DNA of 43,916 nt from a virus (Duplodnaviria; Caudoviricetes), in the IMG/VR virus record IMGVR_UViG_3300017747_001763, positions 1-43,916 of that record; one strand, written 5' to 3'. The first letter of the stretch is position 1. Every line of letters starts with the position of its first letter. Positions 25,340 to 33,141 of this stretch are shown here, piece by piece. Below the pieces are notes generated by a model. The model worked only from the letters and a program-made list of their open reading frames with translations, had not been told where the DNA came from and searched no databases. A program made the translations under genes and the position numbers.

Positions 25340-25795
25340 ATGAGCCCCATCCAGCCCTTCAACACCGCGCAGCTAGTCTTGCGGGATCGCATCCTCCCCA
25401 AGGCGCTGCCGCCGATCACGCAAGCCCTGCCGCCCGTGACCCTGCTCCAGCGCCTGGCCTGGCGGATCGCCAACTGGGCCGGGCTCCTTGGGAGCTACAC
25501 CCCGATGACCGAGACCATCGAGACCAAGGTCATCACGCTCGAAGGCGAGCCCCAGGACATCATCGGCCGAGCCATCATCGGGTTCATGAACGACGACAAC
25601 AGGCTCAACCCGCAGCGCGATCTCGTGGTCCTGTGGGGCGGGGAGAGCTTCGCCCGGTTCGCCCGCAACGCCGTCGATCTGAAGTCGGACCTTCGGTTCT
25701 GCCGCGACGACGGCCACCGCGAGTTCCGAGGACTGGCCGTCCGCGTCGTGAGCTACCTGAACGGGCCGCTCGTGATCCGCCGTCGCGACCTGTGA
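25340..25795 (+). CDS. Hypothetical protein
   Basis: Start ATG 25340 after AAGGAG, 151 aa. Confidence 0.65.
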   Translation: MSPIQPFNTAQLVLRDRILPKALPPITQALPPVTLLQRLAWRIANWAGLLGSYTPMTETIETKVITLEGEPQDIIGRAIIGFMNDDNRLNPQRDLVVLWGGESFARFARNAVDLKSDLRFCRDDGHREFRGLAVRVVSYLNGPLVIRRRDL

Positions 25796-25804
25796 ATTTC
25801 CGGC

Positions 25805-25840
25805 TTGACGCGCGACGCCGGATTGCATAACTTTCTATGC
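25805..25840 (+). promoter_or_regulatory. Promoter with overlapping GCATA-N6-TATGC operator
   Basis: TTGACG-N17-TAACTT; GCATA-actttc-TATGC at 25825-25840. Confidence 0.7.
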
Positions 25841-25872
25841 GCGAACCACCTAACCTGAAAACCGAGGACGAC

Positions 25873-26325
25873 ATGAAGATCACACTGAACATCGAGACGA
25901 ACGATCCGGCCGACCTGGAGCGCATCGCCGCCGCACTCGCGGGCAAGGAAGTCGCCGTCACCACGGGAAAGCCGGCCACGCCGAAGAAGACCGAGACCGC
26001 TGCTGCCTCGGGCACCGCAGCTTCGTCGGCCGGGGCTTCGCATACGGACGCTGGCACGCAGACCTCCGCCAGTGGCCAGACTGCGACCACCACTGCATCC
26101 CCTTCTGAGGGTGCCGTGCCGTCCGATCAAGACCTCGTCGCCGCCGCGAACGTGGCGACCGGCAAGCTCGGCGCTGGCGGGCCGGACAAGGTCAAGACCT
26201 ACATCGCCGCCAACTTCAAGAAGGCTGACGGCTCGCCCGGCACGCTGAAGACGACGGCCGAGGGCGACCGCGCCCGTCTGCTCGACGCGCTCCAGAAAAT
26301 CGGACGGGGCGAAATCACCCTCTGA
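25873..26325 (+). CDS. DUF2800-cluster associated protein 1
   Basis: GAGG RBS; MKITLNIET N-terminus, low-complexity Ala/Thr/Ser linker, small helical C-terminal domain. Confidence 0.7.
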   Translation: MKITLNIETNDPADLERIAAALAGKEVAVTTGKPATPKKTETAAASGTAASSAGASHTDAGTQTSASGQTATTTASPSEGAVPSDQDLVAAANVATGKLGAGGPDKVKTYIAANFKKADGSPGTLKTTAEGDRARLLDALQKIGRGEITL

Positions 26326-26381
26326 TGCGTTATGGTGCTGACACGGGGGCGATCCTGCCCCCGTGAAACTGGAGCGATCCG

Positions 26382-26816
26382 ATGACCAAGCCAGCCAAGA
26401 AGGGCGCGACCACCGCGCCGAATGACGCAGCCGCGAACTGGGACGACGCCCCGGCTCCCGGCTCGCAGAACCCCGAGCCCAAGACGGAGCCCGGCCCGAA
26501 GCCCGAGAACCAGCCCGCCGAGCCGACCAACGATGTCGCCAAGGACGCCGCTGCCTCGACGCTGAAGGACGCGGCTGCGAAGCTGCCGGCCGACCCCAAG
26601 TCGCCCGAGGTGGCGAAGCGCCTGAAGGAGATCGCCTCCAAGCTTCCGAAAAGCCCGAAGGCCAGCCTGGTCGAGGCGTTCAAGGAAGTGGCGCTCGTCG
26701 TCGGTGCCGATAAGGCCAAGCGTATCCTGGTCGAGCAATACGGCACCGAGGAACCCGAGACCTTGAAGGCGCCCCAGTTGATGGACGCCATCGACGACCT
26801 CTACGGGGCCGCGTGA
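26382..26816 (+). CDS. DUF2800-cluster associated protein 2
   Basis: 144 aa; Pro/Glu linker with NWDD; C-terminal G.DKAK.IL...YG...L helical domain. Confidence 0.7.
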   Translation: MTKPAKKGATTAPNDAAANWDDAPAPGSQNPEPKTEPGPKPENQPAEPTNDVAKDAAASTLKDAAAKLPADPKSPEVAKRLKEIASKLPKSPKASLVEAFKEVALVVGADKAKRILVEQYGTEEPETLKAPQLMDAIDDLYGAA

Positions 26817-28108
26817 TGGGAACGCCGGACGCCAAGACACACCTGACGTTCGGCGGCTCCTCGGCGCACAGATGGCTCGCCTGCCCCGGCAGCGCCCGTC
26901 TGTGCGCCACCCTGCCGCCCCAGGTCGAGAACGAGCACATGGCCGCCGGGACGCGGGCGCACGCCCTTCTGGAACTGGCCGTCCGCGAGCGCCGCGATAG
27001 CGTGCTGGAGTTCGACGGCGTCTCGCTGCAAGCGGGCTGGCCCGAGTTTGAACTGGACGATGTCGAGGCCGTGCAGAAGGCGCTCGACCACGTCAACGGT
27101 ATCCTGGAGCGTCACCCCGACGCGGTGATGTGGGTCGAGCGGCAGTTCACCCTGCCCATGCCGACACCCACGCCGGTCTACGACGAAGACGGGCTGATCA
27201 CCGGCTACGAACCGACCGAGATCGGCGGCACGGCCGACATCGTGATCTACGTCCCGTCGCTGAAGCTCCTGATCGTGATCGACTACAAGCACGGGCGCGG
27301 CAAGTATGTGCCCGAGACCACGCCGCAGATGAAGCTCTACGCCTCCTGCGTCCTGTTCGGCCTGCCGGACTTCGTGGTCGAGCGCGTCGATGCGACGATC
27401 ATCCAGCCACGCTGTCAGGCCGGTGAGCCGATCCGCACCGCCATCTACAGCCCCGGCGACCTGATCGCCTTCAGCGACGACGTGGACGCGGCCGTTGCCC
27501 TGGCTGTCGGGGAGAACCCGCCGCTCGTGGTCGGCCCGCAGTGCGACGAGTGGTGCCCTGTCGCCATGGCCGCTGCCTGCCCCATGCTCAACAAGGGAGC
27601 CCTCGCCGTGCCTGAGCAAGCTGTGTCATGGGTTCACCCCGAGCCGGGGGACGACGTGATCGTGACCCTGCCGTCGCCGGACAGGATGCGCCACAATCCG
27701 ACCGCGCTGTTCGAGACGCTGAAGATGCTGCCGATCCTGCAAGCGTGGATCGACGGCGTCGAGACGGCGGCCGAGGCCTATGCCACTGGCACGGGCTTCT
27801 CGCCGGGCTTCAAGTTCGTTGACAAGGTCGCGCGCCGGAAGTGGCAGGACGAGGAGGCCGCGCGCCGCTGGTTCGCCGAGCACACGATGCTCGACGAGGA
27901 CGAATATGCCCCGCGCAAGACGCTCTCGGTTGCGCAAGCCGAGAAGCTGGTCAAGATGAACGTGGGCAAGGACGGCGTGAAGGCCATGGCCGAGCACGTC
28001 GTCAAACAGAGTTCGGGCATGAAGCTTGTGCCCGAGAGCGCGAAGGGGGACGCGGTCAATCCCCTTGCCGTTGCCGAGGCCGGCTTCGCCTCTGCTGTGA
28101 CGATCTGA
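26816..28108 (+). CDS. DUF2800 Cas4/PD-(D/E)XK exonuclease
   Basis: SSAHRWLACPGS, GT.AH, GGTAD...IDYKHG, QMKLYA, IIQPR and C..WCP...C motifs. Confidence 0.88.
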   Translation: MGTPDAKTHLTFGGSSAHRWLACPGSARLCATLPPQVENEHMAAGTRAHALLELAVRERRDSVLEFDGVSLQAGWPEFELDDVEAVQKALDHVNGILERHPDAVMWVERQFTLPMPTPTPVYDEDGLITGYEPTEIGGTADIVIYVPSLKLLIVIDYKHGRGKYVPETTPQMKLYASCVLFGLPDFVVERVDATIIQPRCQAGEPIRTAIYSPGDLIAFSDDVDAAVALAVGENPPLVVGPQCDEWCPVAMAAACPMLNKGALAVPEQAVSWVHPEPGDDVIVTLPSPDRMRHNPTALFETLKMLPILQAWIDGVETAAEAYATGTGFSPGFKFVDKVARRKWQDEEAARRWFAEHTMLDEDEYAPRKTLSVAQAEKLVKMNVGKDGVKAMAEHVVKQSSGMKLVPESAKGDAVNPLAVAEAGFASAVTI

Positions 28109-28124
28109 TCAACGGAGATACCTG

Positions 28125-28907
28125 ATGACGACCATCGACCCGAAGTTCCAGTCGAACCTCGCGCCCGAACTCCTGGCGCGTCTGCTCCAGGGCAACCCGC
28201 CGCGTATCGGCGAGGGCGGCCTTATCTTCACCGGCGCGACCCGGCTCTCGTGGCCGAGCCTGGCGAAGCCCCAACTCGCCAAGAACCCGAAGCCCGGCGA
28301 CAAGCCGAAGTATCAGGCCTCGGCCCTGTTCGTGCACAAGAACATCGGCGTCATCATGGAAGCGCTGAAGGCTTCCGTGCGGGCCAACTATCCGAACGTC
28401 ACCGATCCGATGGTGCTGCTCGACCCGAAGAACAAGAACTCGGCGATGAAGGACCAGGGCCTGAAGGTCTCGGTCAAGGACGGCGGTCTCGACCCGGTCA
28501 ACAACACGACCGCCGGCTATGTGACGGGCTTCCCCTTCGCCTCGGGCAAGTCCGAGAAGGCGGTGCCCTGCTTCCACCGCAAGGATGGCCGTGTCGTCGC
28601 GATGCTGCCCGAGGAGATCACGACGCTGCTCTATCCCGGCTGCTGGGTGGACATCAAATACGCGCTGATCAAGTCCACCAGTTCCGGCAACCCCGGCGTC
28701 TTCTTCGGGCTCCAGTCCGTGATGAAGCTGGCCGACGACACCTCCTTCGGCAGTGCCGGCGGTGGCGGCTCGCCCGACGACTTCAAGGACGCCGTGTCCA
28801 TCGAAGATCCGAACGCGAACCAGATCATCCAGAACTCGGGCGTCAGCCAGAACGACTGGGACAGCCCGGCCGCCGGGGCCGCCAGCAGCGGCGACGACTG
28901 GGGCTGA
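28125..28907 (+). CDS. DUF2815 single-stranded DNA-binding protein (T7 gp2.5-like)
   Basis: RLSWPSL..P, KY, YPGCW and N.GV.FGL..V.K...D..FG motifs; acidic tail ending DDWG. Confidence 0.85.
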   Translation: MTTIDPKFQSNLAPELLARLLQGNPPRIGEGGLIFTGATRLSWPSLAKPQLAKNPKPGDKPKYQASALFVHKNIGVIMEALKASVRANYPNVTDPMVLLDPKNKNSAMKDQGLKVSVKDGGLDPVNNTTAGYVTGFPFASGKSEKAVPCFHRKDGRVVAMLPEEITTLLYPGCWVDIKYALIKSTSSGNPGVFFGLQSVMKLADDTSFGSAGGGGSPDDFKDAVSIEDPNANQIIQNSGVSQNDWDSPAAGAASSGDDWG

Positions 28908-29021
28908 TACGCCCCTACGACGACCTGTGAACGCGAGCTATCGCGGAAGGACAGAGCCGGTGGGCCGTGGGCTTGACCAGCCGCGACCGGCAACTTGGCA
29001 CTGCAACAATGGGAGATAGCT

Positions 29022-29303
29022 ATGAAGTCCGCACGCAAAGACTACGAGAAGGTGATGAAGAAGATCCCGAAGGACGAGCCGGTGTTCCTGCTGCGCGGGC
29101 AGGACGCGGTGGCCGCCAATGTCGTCCGCTTCTGGGCGGCGGCTGCGGCCACGGCCGGCGCGAGCCCCGAGATCGTGGCGGCTGCTCGCAAGCACGCCGA
29201 CCTGATGGAGGCGTGGCCGACGAAGAAAATCCCCGATATGCCGGACGGCGCGGCCGAGACCGCCGACGAGGACACCCACGACGGCAAAGGCCCGGTGGCC
29301 TGA
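29022..29303 (+). CDS. Conserved phage hypothetical protein
   Basis: ATG 29022 after GGGAG; DEPVFLLRGQD..A...V..WA motif. Confidence 0.7.
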   Translation: MKSARKDYEKVMKKIPKDEPVFLLRGQDAVAANVVRFWAAAAATAGASPEIVAAARKHADLMEAWPTKKIPDMPDGAAETADEDTHDGKGPVA

Positions 29304-29306
29304 CCC

Positions 29307-31469
29307 ATGAAGCTCCACCTCGACTTCGAGACCCGGTCGGCGATCAACCTGAAGACGCACGGGGCCGTGCGCTACGCCATGGACCCGACGACCTCAGTGC
29401 TGTGGGCCTGCTGGTGTATCGAGGACGAGTGGGGCAGGGGAACAGTGAAGCGCTGGCGGCGGGGCGACCCGCCGCCGGTTGAACTGATCGAAGCCGTCGC
29501 CTCGGGCGCGACGGTCGTGGCGCACAACGCCATGTTTGAGTTGGCGATCTGGATTTACGTCTGCGAGCGCATGGGATGGGGCAAGCTCTCCCCGCACCAG
29601 ATGGACTGCACGATGGCGAGGGCGCAGGTCATGTCCCTGCTCGGGTCGCTCGACGGCGTGACCACGCTGCTGCGCCTGAAGAACCGCAAGAACCCAGCCG
29701 GCCGCTCGCTGATCCACCTGTTCTCGGTGCCGCGCAAGCCGACGAAGGACGAAGACCCGCTGAAGCTCTACTGGAACGAGCCCGAGGATCACCCGGCCCG
29801 GTTCCAGGAGTTCGGCGACTACTGCGCCGACGACGTGCTGGCCGAGTGCGACGCTGACGACGCGCTGCCGCAACTGTCGGACAGCGAGCGCGACATCTAT
29901 CACTTCGACCTGGTCGTGAACCTGCGCGGCTTCCGGCTGGACACGGCGACGATGCGCCGGGCCGACGCCTTCCTGGAGGAGGCGAAGAAGCGGGTCGATA
30001 AGGAGATCAACAAGCTGACCGAGGGCGAGGTGCCCAAGGCGACACAGGTTCAGAAGCTGAAGGACTGGCTCAATGGTCGAGGCATCGAAGTCACAAGCAT
30101 CGGCAAGGGTGAAGTCGAAGACATTCTTGCCCACGCACGGCTATTCGATGATGACGTTGCCGAAAACGTCGTTGGGCTACGACGACTTGGAGCTAAGGCG
30201 ACATCTCTTGCAAAGTATGGTTCCGGCCTTAGATGCGCTGGATTTGACGAACGGGCTCGCGGCCTTCTCAACTACCATAAAGCGAGCACCGGACGGTGGG
30301 CTGGAAGTCTATATCAGCCGCATAACTTGGAGCGAATTGATCCTGACGAAGACGGCCCGCTGATCGAACAGATGCTGATGATCCTGCGGGAAGCTGGCAA
30401 CCCGAAGGACGCAGTGGACTGGTGCGAGCTTGTCGGCATGGTGCCGATGCGCGCCATCGGGAAGTGCACGCGCGCCATGATCGTCGCGGCTGACGGCCAT
30501 GAGCTTATCGGCTGCGACTACAGCAACGTCGAAGGGCGCGGCTCGGCTTGGCTCGCGGACGAGACCTGGAAGATCGACGCCTTCAGGGCCTACGACGACG
30601 GCACCGGCCACGATCTCTACAAGCTGGCCTACAGCAAGTCGTTCGGCGAGCCCGTCGAGAGCATCGGCAAGGGTCCGAAGCGCCAGATCGGCAAGGTCCA
30701 GGAGCTATCGCTGGGCTACCAAGGGGCGGTCGGCGCGTTCATGGGCATGGGCGCGAACTACGGCGTCCGCCCCGACAGCCTGCTCGCGGCCGTCAAGCCG
30801 GTCGCCACGGTCGAGGGCTGGGAAGCGGCGGCTGCGAAGTATGAGCGCAGCAACAAGTTCGGCCTGTCGCCTGACCAGTGGACCGCGTTTCGCTACGTCG
30901 TGGACGGCTGGCGATCCGGCCACCCGCGCACGGTCCAAAGCTGGTGGGACTTGCAGGACGCGGTGATCGCGGCCGTGTCCGAACCCGGCCAGATGATCCA
31001 CATGTTCGGCGGCCGTGTCCGCATCTACTGCGCCAGGAACCAGAGCTTCCTCTACATCTATCTGCCCTCGGGTCGGCCGCTCTCCTACTTCCGGCCTCGC
31101 CTGAAGACGGCCACCGAAACCGTCCAGGCCCGCAACGGCGATGTCTACGAGCGCGAGAAGCGGTCGGTCGTGGTCGAGGGCTGGGACAGCCGCCGCAACT
31201 CATGGGGCGATGTCCACCTCTACGGCGGGATCGAGTGGGAGAACATCATCCAGGCCCTGTGCCGCGACCTGCTGGCCCACGGCATGATGGCGTGCGAGCG
31301 CGCCGGCTACCCGGTCGTCCTGCATGTCCACGACGAAGGCGTGTTTGAGGTGCCTATCGGTTCCGGTGACGTGGCCGAGGTGCAGCGTCTGATGGCTATC
31401 CTGCCGCCCTGGGCGCGCGGCTTCCCCCTGACCAGCAGCGCCTGGCGTGACCCGAGGTATGTCAAATGA
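29307..31469 (+). CDS. polA: DNA polymerase family A (APSE-like) with 3'-5' exonuclease
   Basis: Exo I DFETRS, AHNAMFE, TGRW, motif A DYSNVEGR, motif B RQIGKVQELSLGYQG, motif C HVHDE. Confidence 0.95.
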   Translation: MKLHLDFETRSAINLKTHGAVRYAMDPTTSVLWACWCIEDEWGRGTVKRWRRGDPPPVELIEAVASGATVVAHNAMFELAIWIYVCERMGWGKLSPHQMDCTMARAQVMSLLGSLDGVTTLLRLKNRKNPAGRSLIHLFSVPRKPTKDEDPLKLYWNEPEDHPARFQEFGDYCADDVLAECDADDALPQLSDSERDIYHFDLVVNLRGFRLDTATMRRADAFLEEAKKRVDKEINKLTEGEVPKATQVQKLKDWLNGRGIEVTSIGKGEVEDILAHARLFDDDVAENVVGLRRLGAKATSLAKYGSGLRCAGFDERARGLLNYHKASTGRWAGSLYQPHNLERIDPDEDGPLIEQMLMILREAGNPKDAVDWCELVGMVPMRAIGKCTRAMIVAADGHELIGCDYSNVEGRGSAWLADETWKIDAFRAYDDGTGHDLYKLAYSKSFGEPVESIGKGPKRQIGKVQELSLGYQGAVGAFMGMGANYGVRPDSLLAAVKPVATVEGWEAAAAKYERSNKFGLSPDQWTAFRYVVDGWRSGHPRTVQSWWDLQDAVIAAVSEPGQMIHMFGGRVRIYCARNQSFLYIYLPSGRPLSYFRPRLKTATETVQARNGDVYEREKRSVVVEGWDSRRNSWGDVHLYGGIEWENIIQALCRDLLAHGMMACERAGYPVVLHVHDEGVFEVPIGSGDVAEVQRLMAILPPWARGFPLTSSAWRDPRYVK
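30073..30363 (+). CDS. Candidate overprinted gene nested in the DNA polymerase (alternative frame, 96 aa)
   Basis: AAGGA 8 nt before the ATG; polymerase codon usage is abnormal across this span. Confidence 0.5.
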   Translation: MVEASKSQASARVKSKTFLPTHGYSMMTLPKTSLGYDDLELRRHLLQSMVPALDALDLTNGLAAFSTTIKRAPDGGLEVYISRITWSELILTKTAR

Positions 31470-31753
31470 GCAAGCCGATCTACGACAAGCTGTTCCACAA
31501 GGTCGATGGGCTCCAGGTCATCCTGTCCCGAGGCGGCGTCTACAAGCAGGTCGATGTCTACCGCCGGTTCGTCGAGGGCGAGCATCGCCTGTTCGCCAAG
31601 CACGGCGGCGGGTTTATCTCGCTCGGGGCTCTCGTCGGGGGCGTCGGCGGCACGAGCCACTACGGCACGTCGTGGCTGGAGATCGAGGCCGACGACGGCG
31701 CTGTGCTCACGAAGGGCCGGCTCGGGCGTCCCTGCTTCGACCCCACGGCTTGA
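31466..31753 (+). CDS. Hypothetical protein
   Basis: 95 aa, ATGA-coupled to the polymerase. Confidence 0.7.
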   Translation: MSKPIYDKLFHKVDGLQVILSRGGVYKQVDVYRRFVEGEHRLFAKHGGGFISLGALVGGVGGTSHYGTSWLEIEADDGAVLTKGRLGRPCFDPTA

Positions 31754-31778
31754 CGCATAGAAAGCTATGCAATAGGGT
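31750..31778 (+). promoter_or_regulatory. Promoter with GCATA-N6-TATGC operator in the spacer
   Basis: TTGACG-N17-TAGGGT; GCATA-gaaagc-TATGC at 31755-31770. Confidence 0.7.
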
Positions 31779-31809
31779 CCGTCTAGTCGAACACGCTAGG
31801 ACGGACCCT

Positions 31810-32100
31810 ATGGCTCGGAAGTGCTGCAACTGCGGAACGCTTATCAACAAGACGGACTGGCGCGCCAGGTTCTGCGGAACCCGCTGCAAGCGCGAGTTCA
31901 ACAATCGGCAAGCCACCCGAGGCGCGACCGCCTACCCCTTCATCATGGCGATGCGCTACGACCGCGAGGAAGCGGCGAAGCTGAAGGCGTGGGGCACGCT
32001 GTGCCAGCTTGCTTCACAGTGGCGTGACGAGGACAAGGCCGAGCGCGAGGGCCGTCGATCCTGGCATAGGCTTCCGGTTGTCCTTGACCAGCTTCCGTGA
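31810..32100 (+). CDS. Zinc-finger protein
   Basis: Start ATG 31810 (MARKCCNCG...RFCGTRCK), 96 aa; CxxC...CxxxC. Confidence 0.7.
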   Translation: MARKCCNCGTLINKTDWRARFCGTRCKREFNNRQATRGATAYPFIMAMRYDREEAAKLKAWGTLCQLASQWRDEDKAEREGRRSWHRLPVVLDQLP

Positions 32101-32119
32101 AACGCATAGAAATGTATGC
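32084..32119 (+). promoter_or_regulatory. Probable promoter with GCATA-N6-TATGC operator
   Basis: TTGACC-N17-TAGAAA; GCATA-gaaatg-TATGC at 32104-32119. Confidence 0.6.
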
Positions 32120-32135
32120 ACACAAGGAGAACCCT

Positions 32136-32381
32136 ATGCGCCACAAGAGCTACATGGACCTGGCTTCGCAGATGAAGGCCAAGGGTCGCGACTTCACCCT
32201 GGACGAGATTTACCGGATCGTGTGCCGGCCGCCTCATCAGGACGGCCTGTCCACAGACCAGCTTCACAGTCGCTGCTCTCGTGCTATCGGTGAGGCACGG
32301 GCGGCGCTGAAGAAGGAAGGCTACGTCCTCGGCCTTGGCGACAAGCGCCACAGCTACCGGGCCTCCAAGCGCGAGCGGTGA
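32136..32381 (+). CDS. Small basic protein, possible winged-helix DNA-binding protein
   Basis: AAGGAG RBS, ATG 32136, 81 aa; FTLDEIYRIV...SRAIGEARAAL...SYR pattern. Confidence 0.6.
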   Translation: MRHKSYMDLASQMKAKGRDFTLDEIYRIVCRPPHQDGLSTDQLHSRCSRAIGEARAALKKEGYVLGLGDKRHSYRASKRER

Positions 32382-32382
32382 T

Positions 32383-33138
32383 ATGCTGTTTAACGGTGAA
32401 TGTCTAGACGTTATGCGCCGTTTACCAAGTGCGTCTGTAGACGCGGTTCTGTGCGATCTGCCCTACGGCACAACCGCGTGCGCGTGGGACAGTGTTATAG
32501 ACCCTGTGCTCCTTTGGGGCGAGTATAGGCGGCTCTTGACAGAACGCGGAACCGTGGTGCTGACCGCAGCACAGCCGTTTACAACGGCTATAACCTGGCC
32601 TGCTCTCGACCTGTTTAAACACGCATCAGTGTGGGTAAAGAACCGTCCTACTGGGCCGCAGCACGCTAAGAACAGACCTATGAGTAAACACGAAGACGTT
32701 CTCGTTTTCTCCAAGGGAAAGATGGGCCACGCTTCTCAGCTTGGTGAGCGCCGCATGACGTATAACCCGCAAGGTATTTCCGACGCAGGCGAGAAAGTAG
32801 TCACAGCAAGAGGGAGCCATTCTAGGCTCACAGGGGCTAGACCTAATCAGGTAGGGCGCGTTTACCTGGCGCAAACAGGTTTCCCGCACACAGTCTTGTC
32901 GTTCGACAAAGAGGAAACACACGAACACCCAACGCAGAAGCCCGTCGCGCTTATGGACTATCTTGTGAGAACATACACAGACCCCGGCGACACTATCCTT
33001 GACAACGCGATGGGATCTGGAACGTCAGGAGTAGCCGCCGTGCGGGCGGGTCGTCACTTTATCGGTATAGAGCGGGACGTTGAATACTTTAGCATCGCAG
33101 AGCGCCGCATCAACGCAGCCTCGGCCGAGTGGGACTAG
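32383..33138 (+). CDS. Orphan beta-class N6A/N4C DNA methyltransferase (ends EWD)
   Basis: Start ATG 32383; motif IV DLPYG, HPTQKPVAL, motif I DNAMGSGT; atypically AT-rich codons. Confidence 0.9.
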   Translation: MLFNGECLDVMRRLPSASVDAVLCDLPYGTTACAWDSVIDPVLLWGEYRRLLTERGTVVLTAAQPFTTAITWPALDLFKHASVWVKNRPTGPQHAKNRPMSKHEDVLVFSKGKMGHASQLGERRMTYNPQGISDAGEKVVTARGSHSRLTGARPNQVGRVYLAQTGFPHTVLSFDKEETHEHPTQKPVALMDYLVRTYTDPGDTILDNAMGSGTSGVAAVRAGRHFIGIERDVEYFSIAERRINAASAEWD

Positions 33139-33141
33139 CCT

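Noticed and set aside
26816-28108. Cas4-like gene as part of a CRISPR system
   Set aside because: It is the usual DUF2800 member of the DUF2800-DUF2815-PolA module; no array or other cas genes
29022-29303. Possible anti-defence nucleotide sponge (Acb2/Tad-like)
   Set aside because: Small size fits, but the sequence does not match the Acb2 or Tad1 motifs I recall; left as hypothetical
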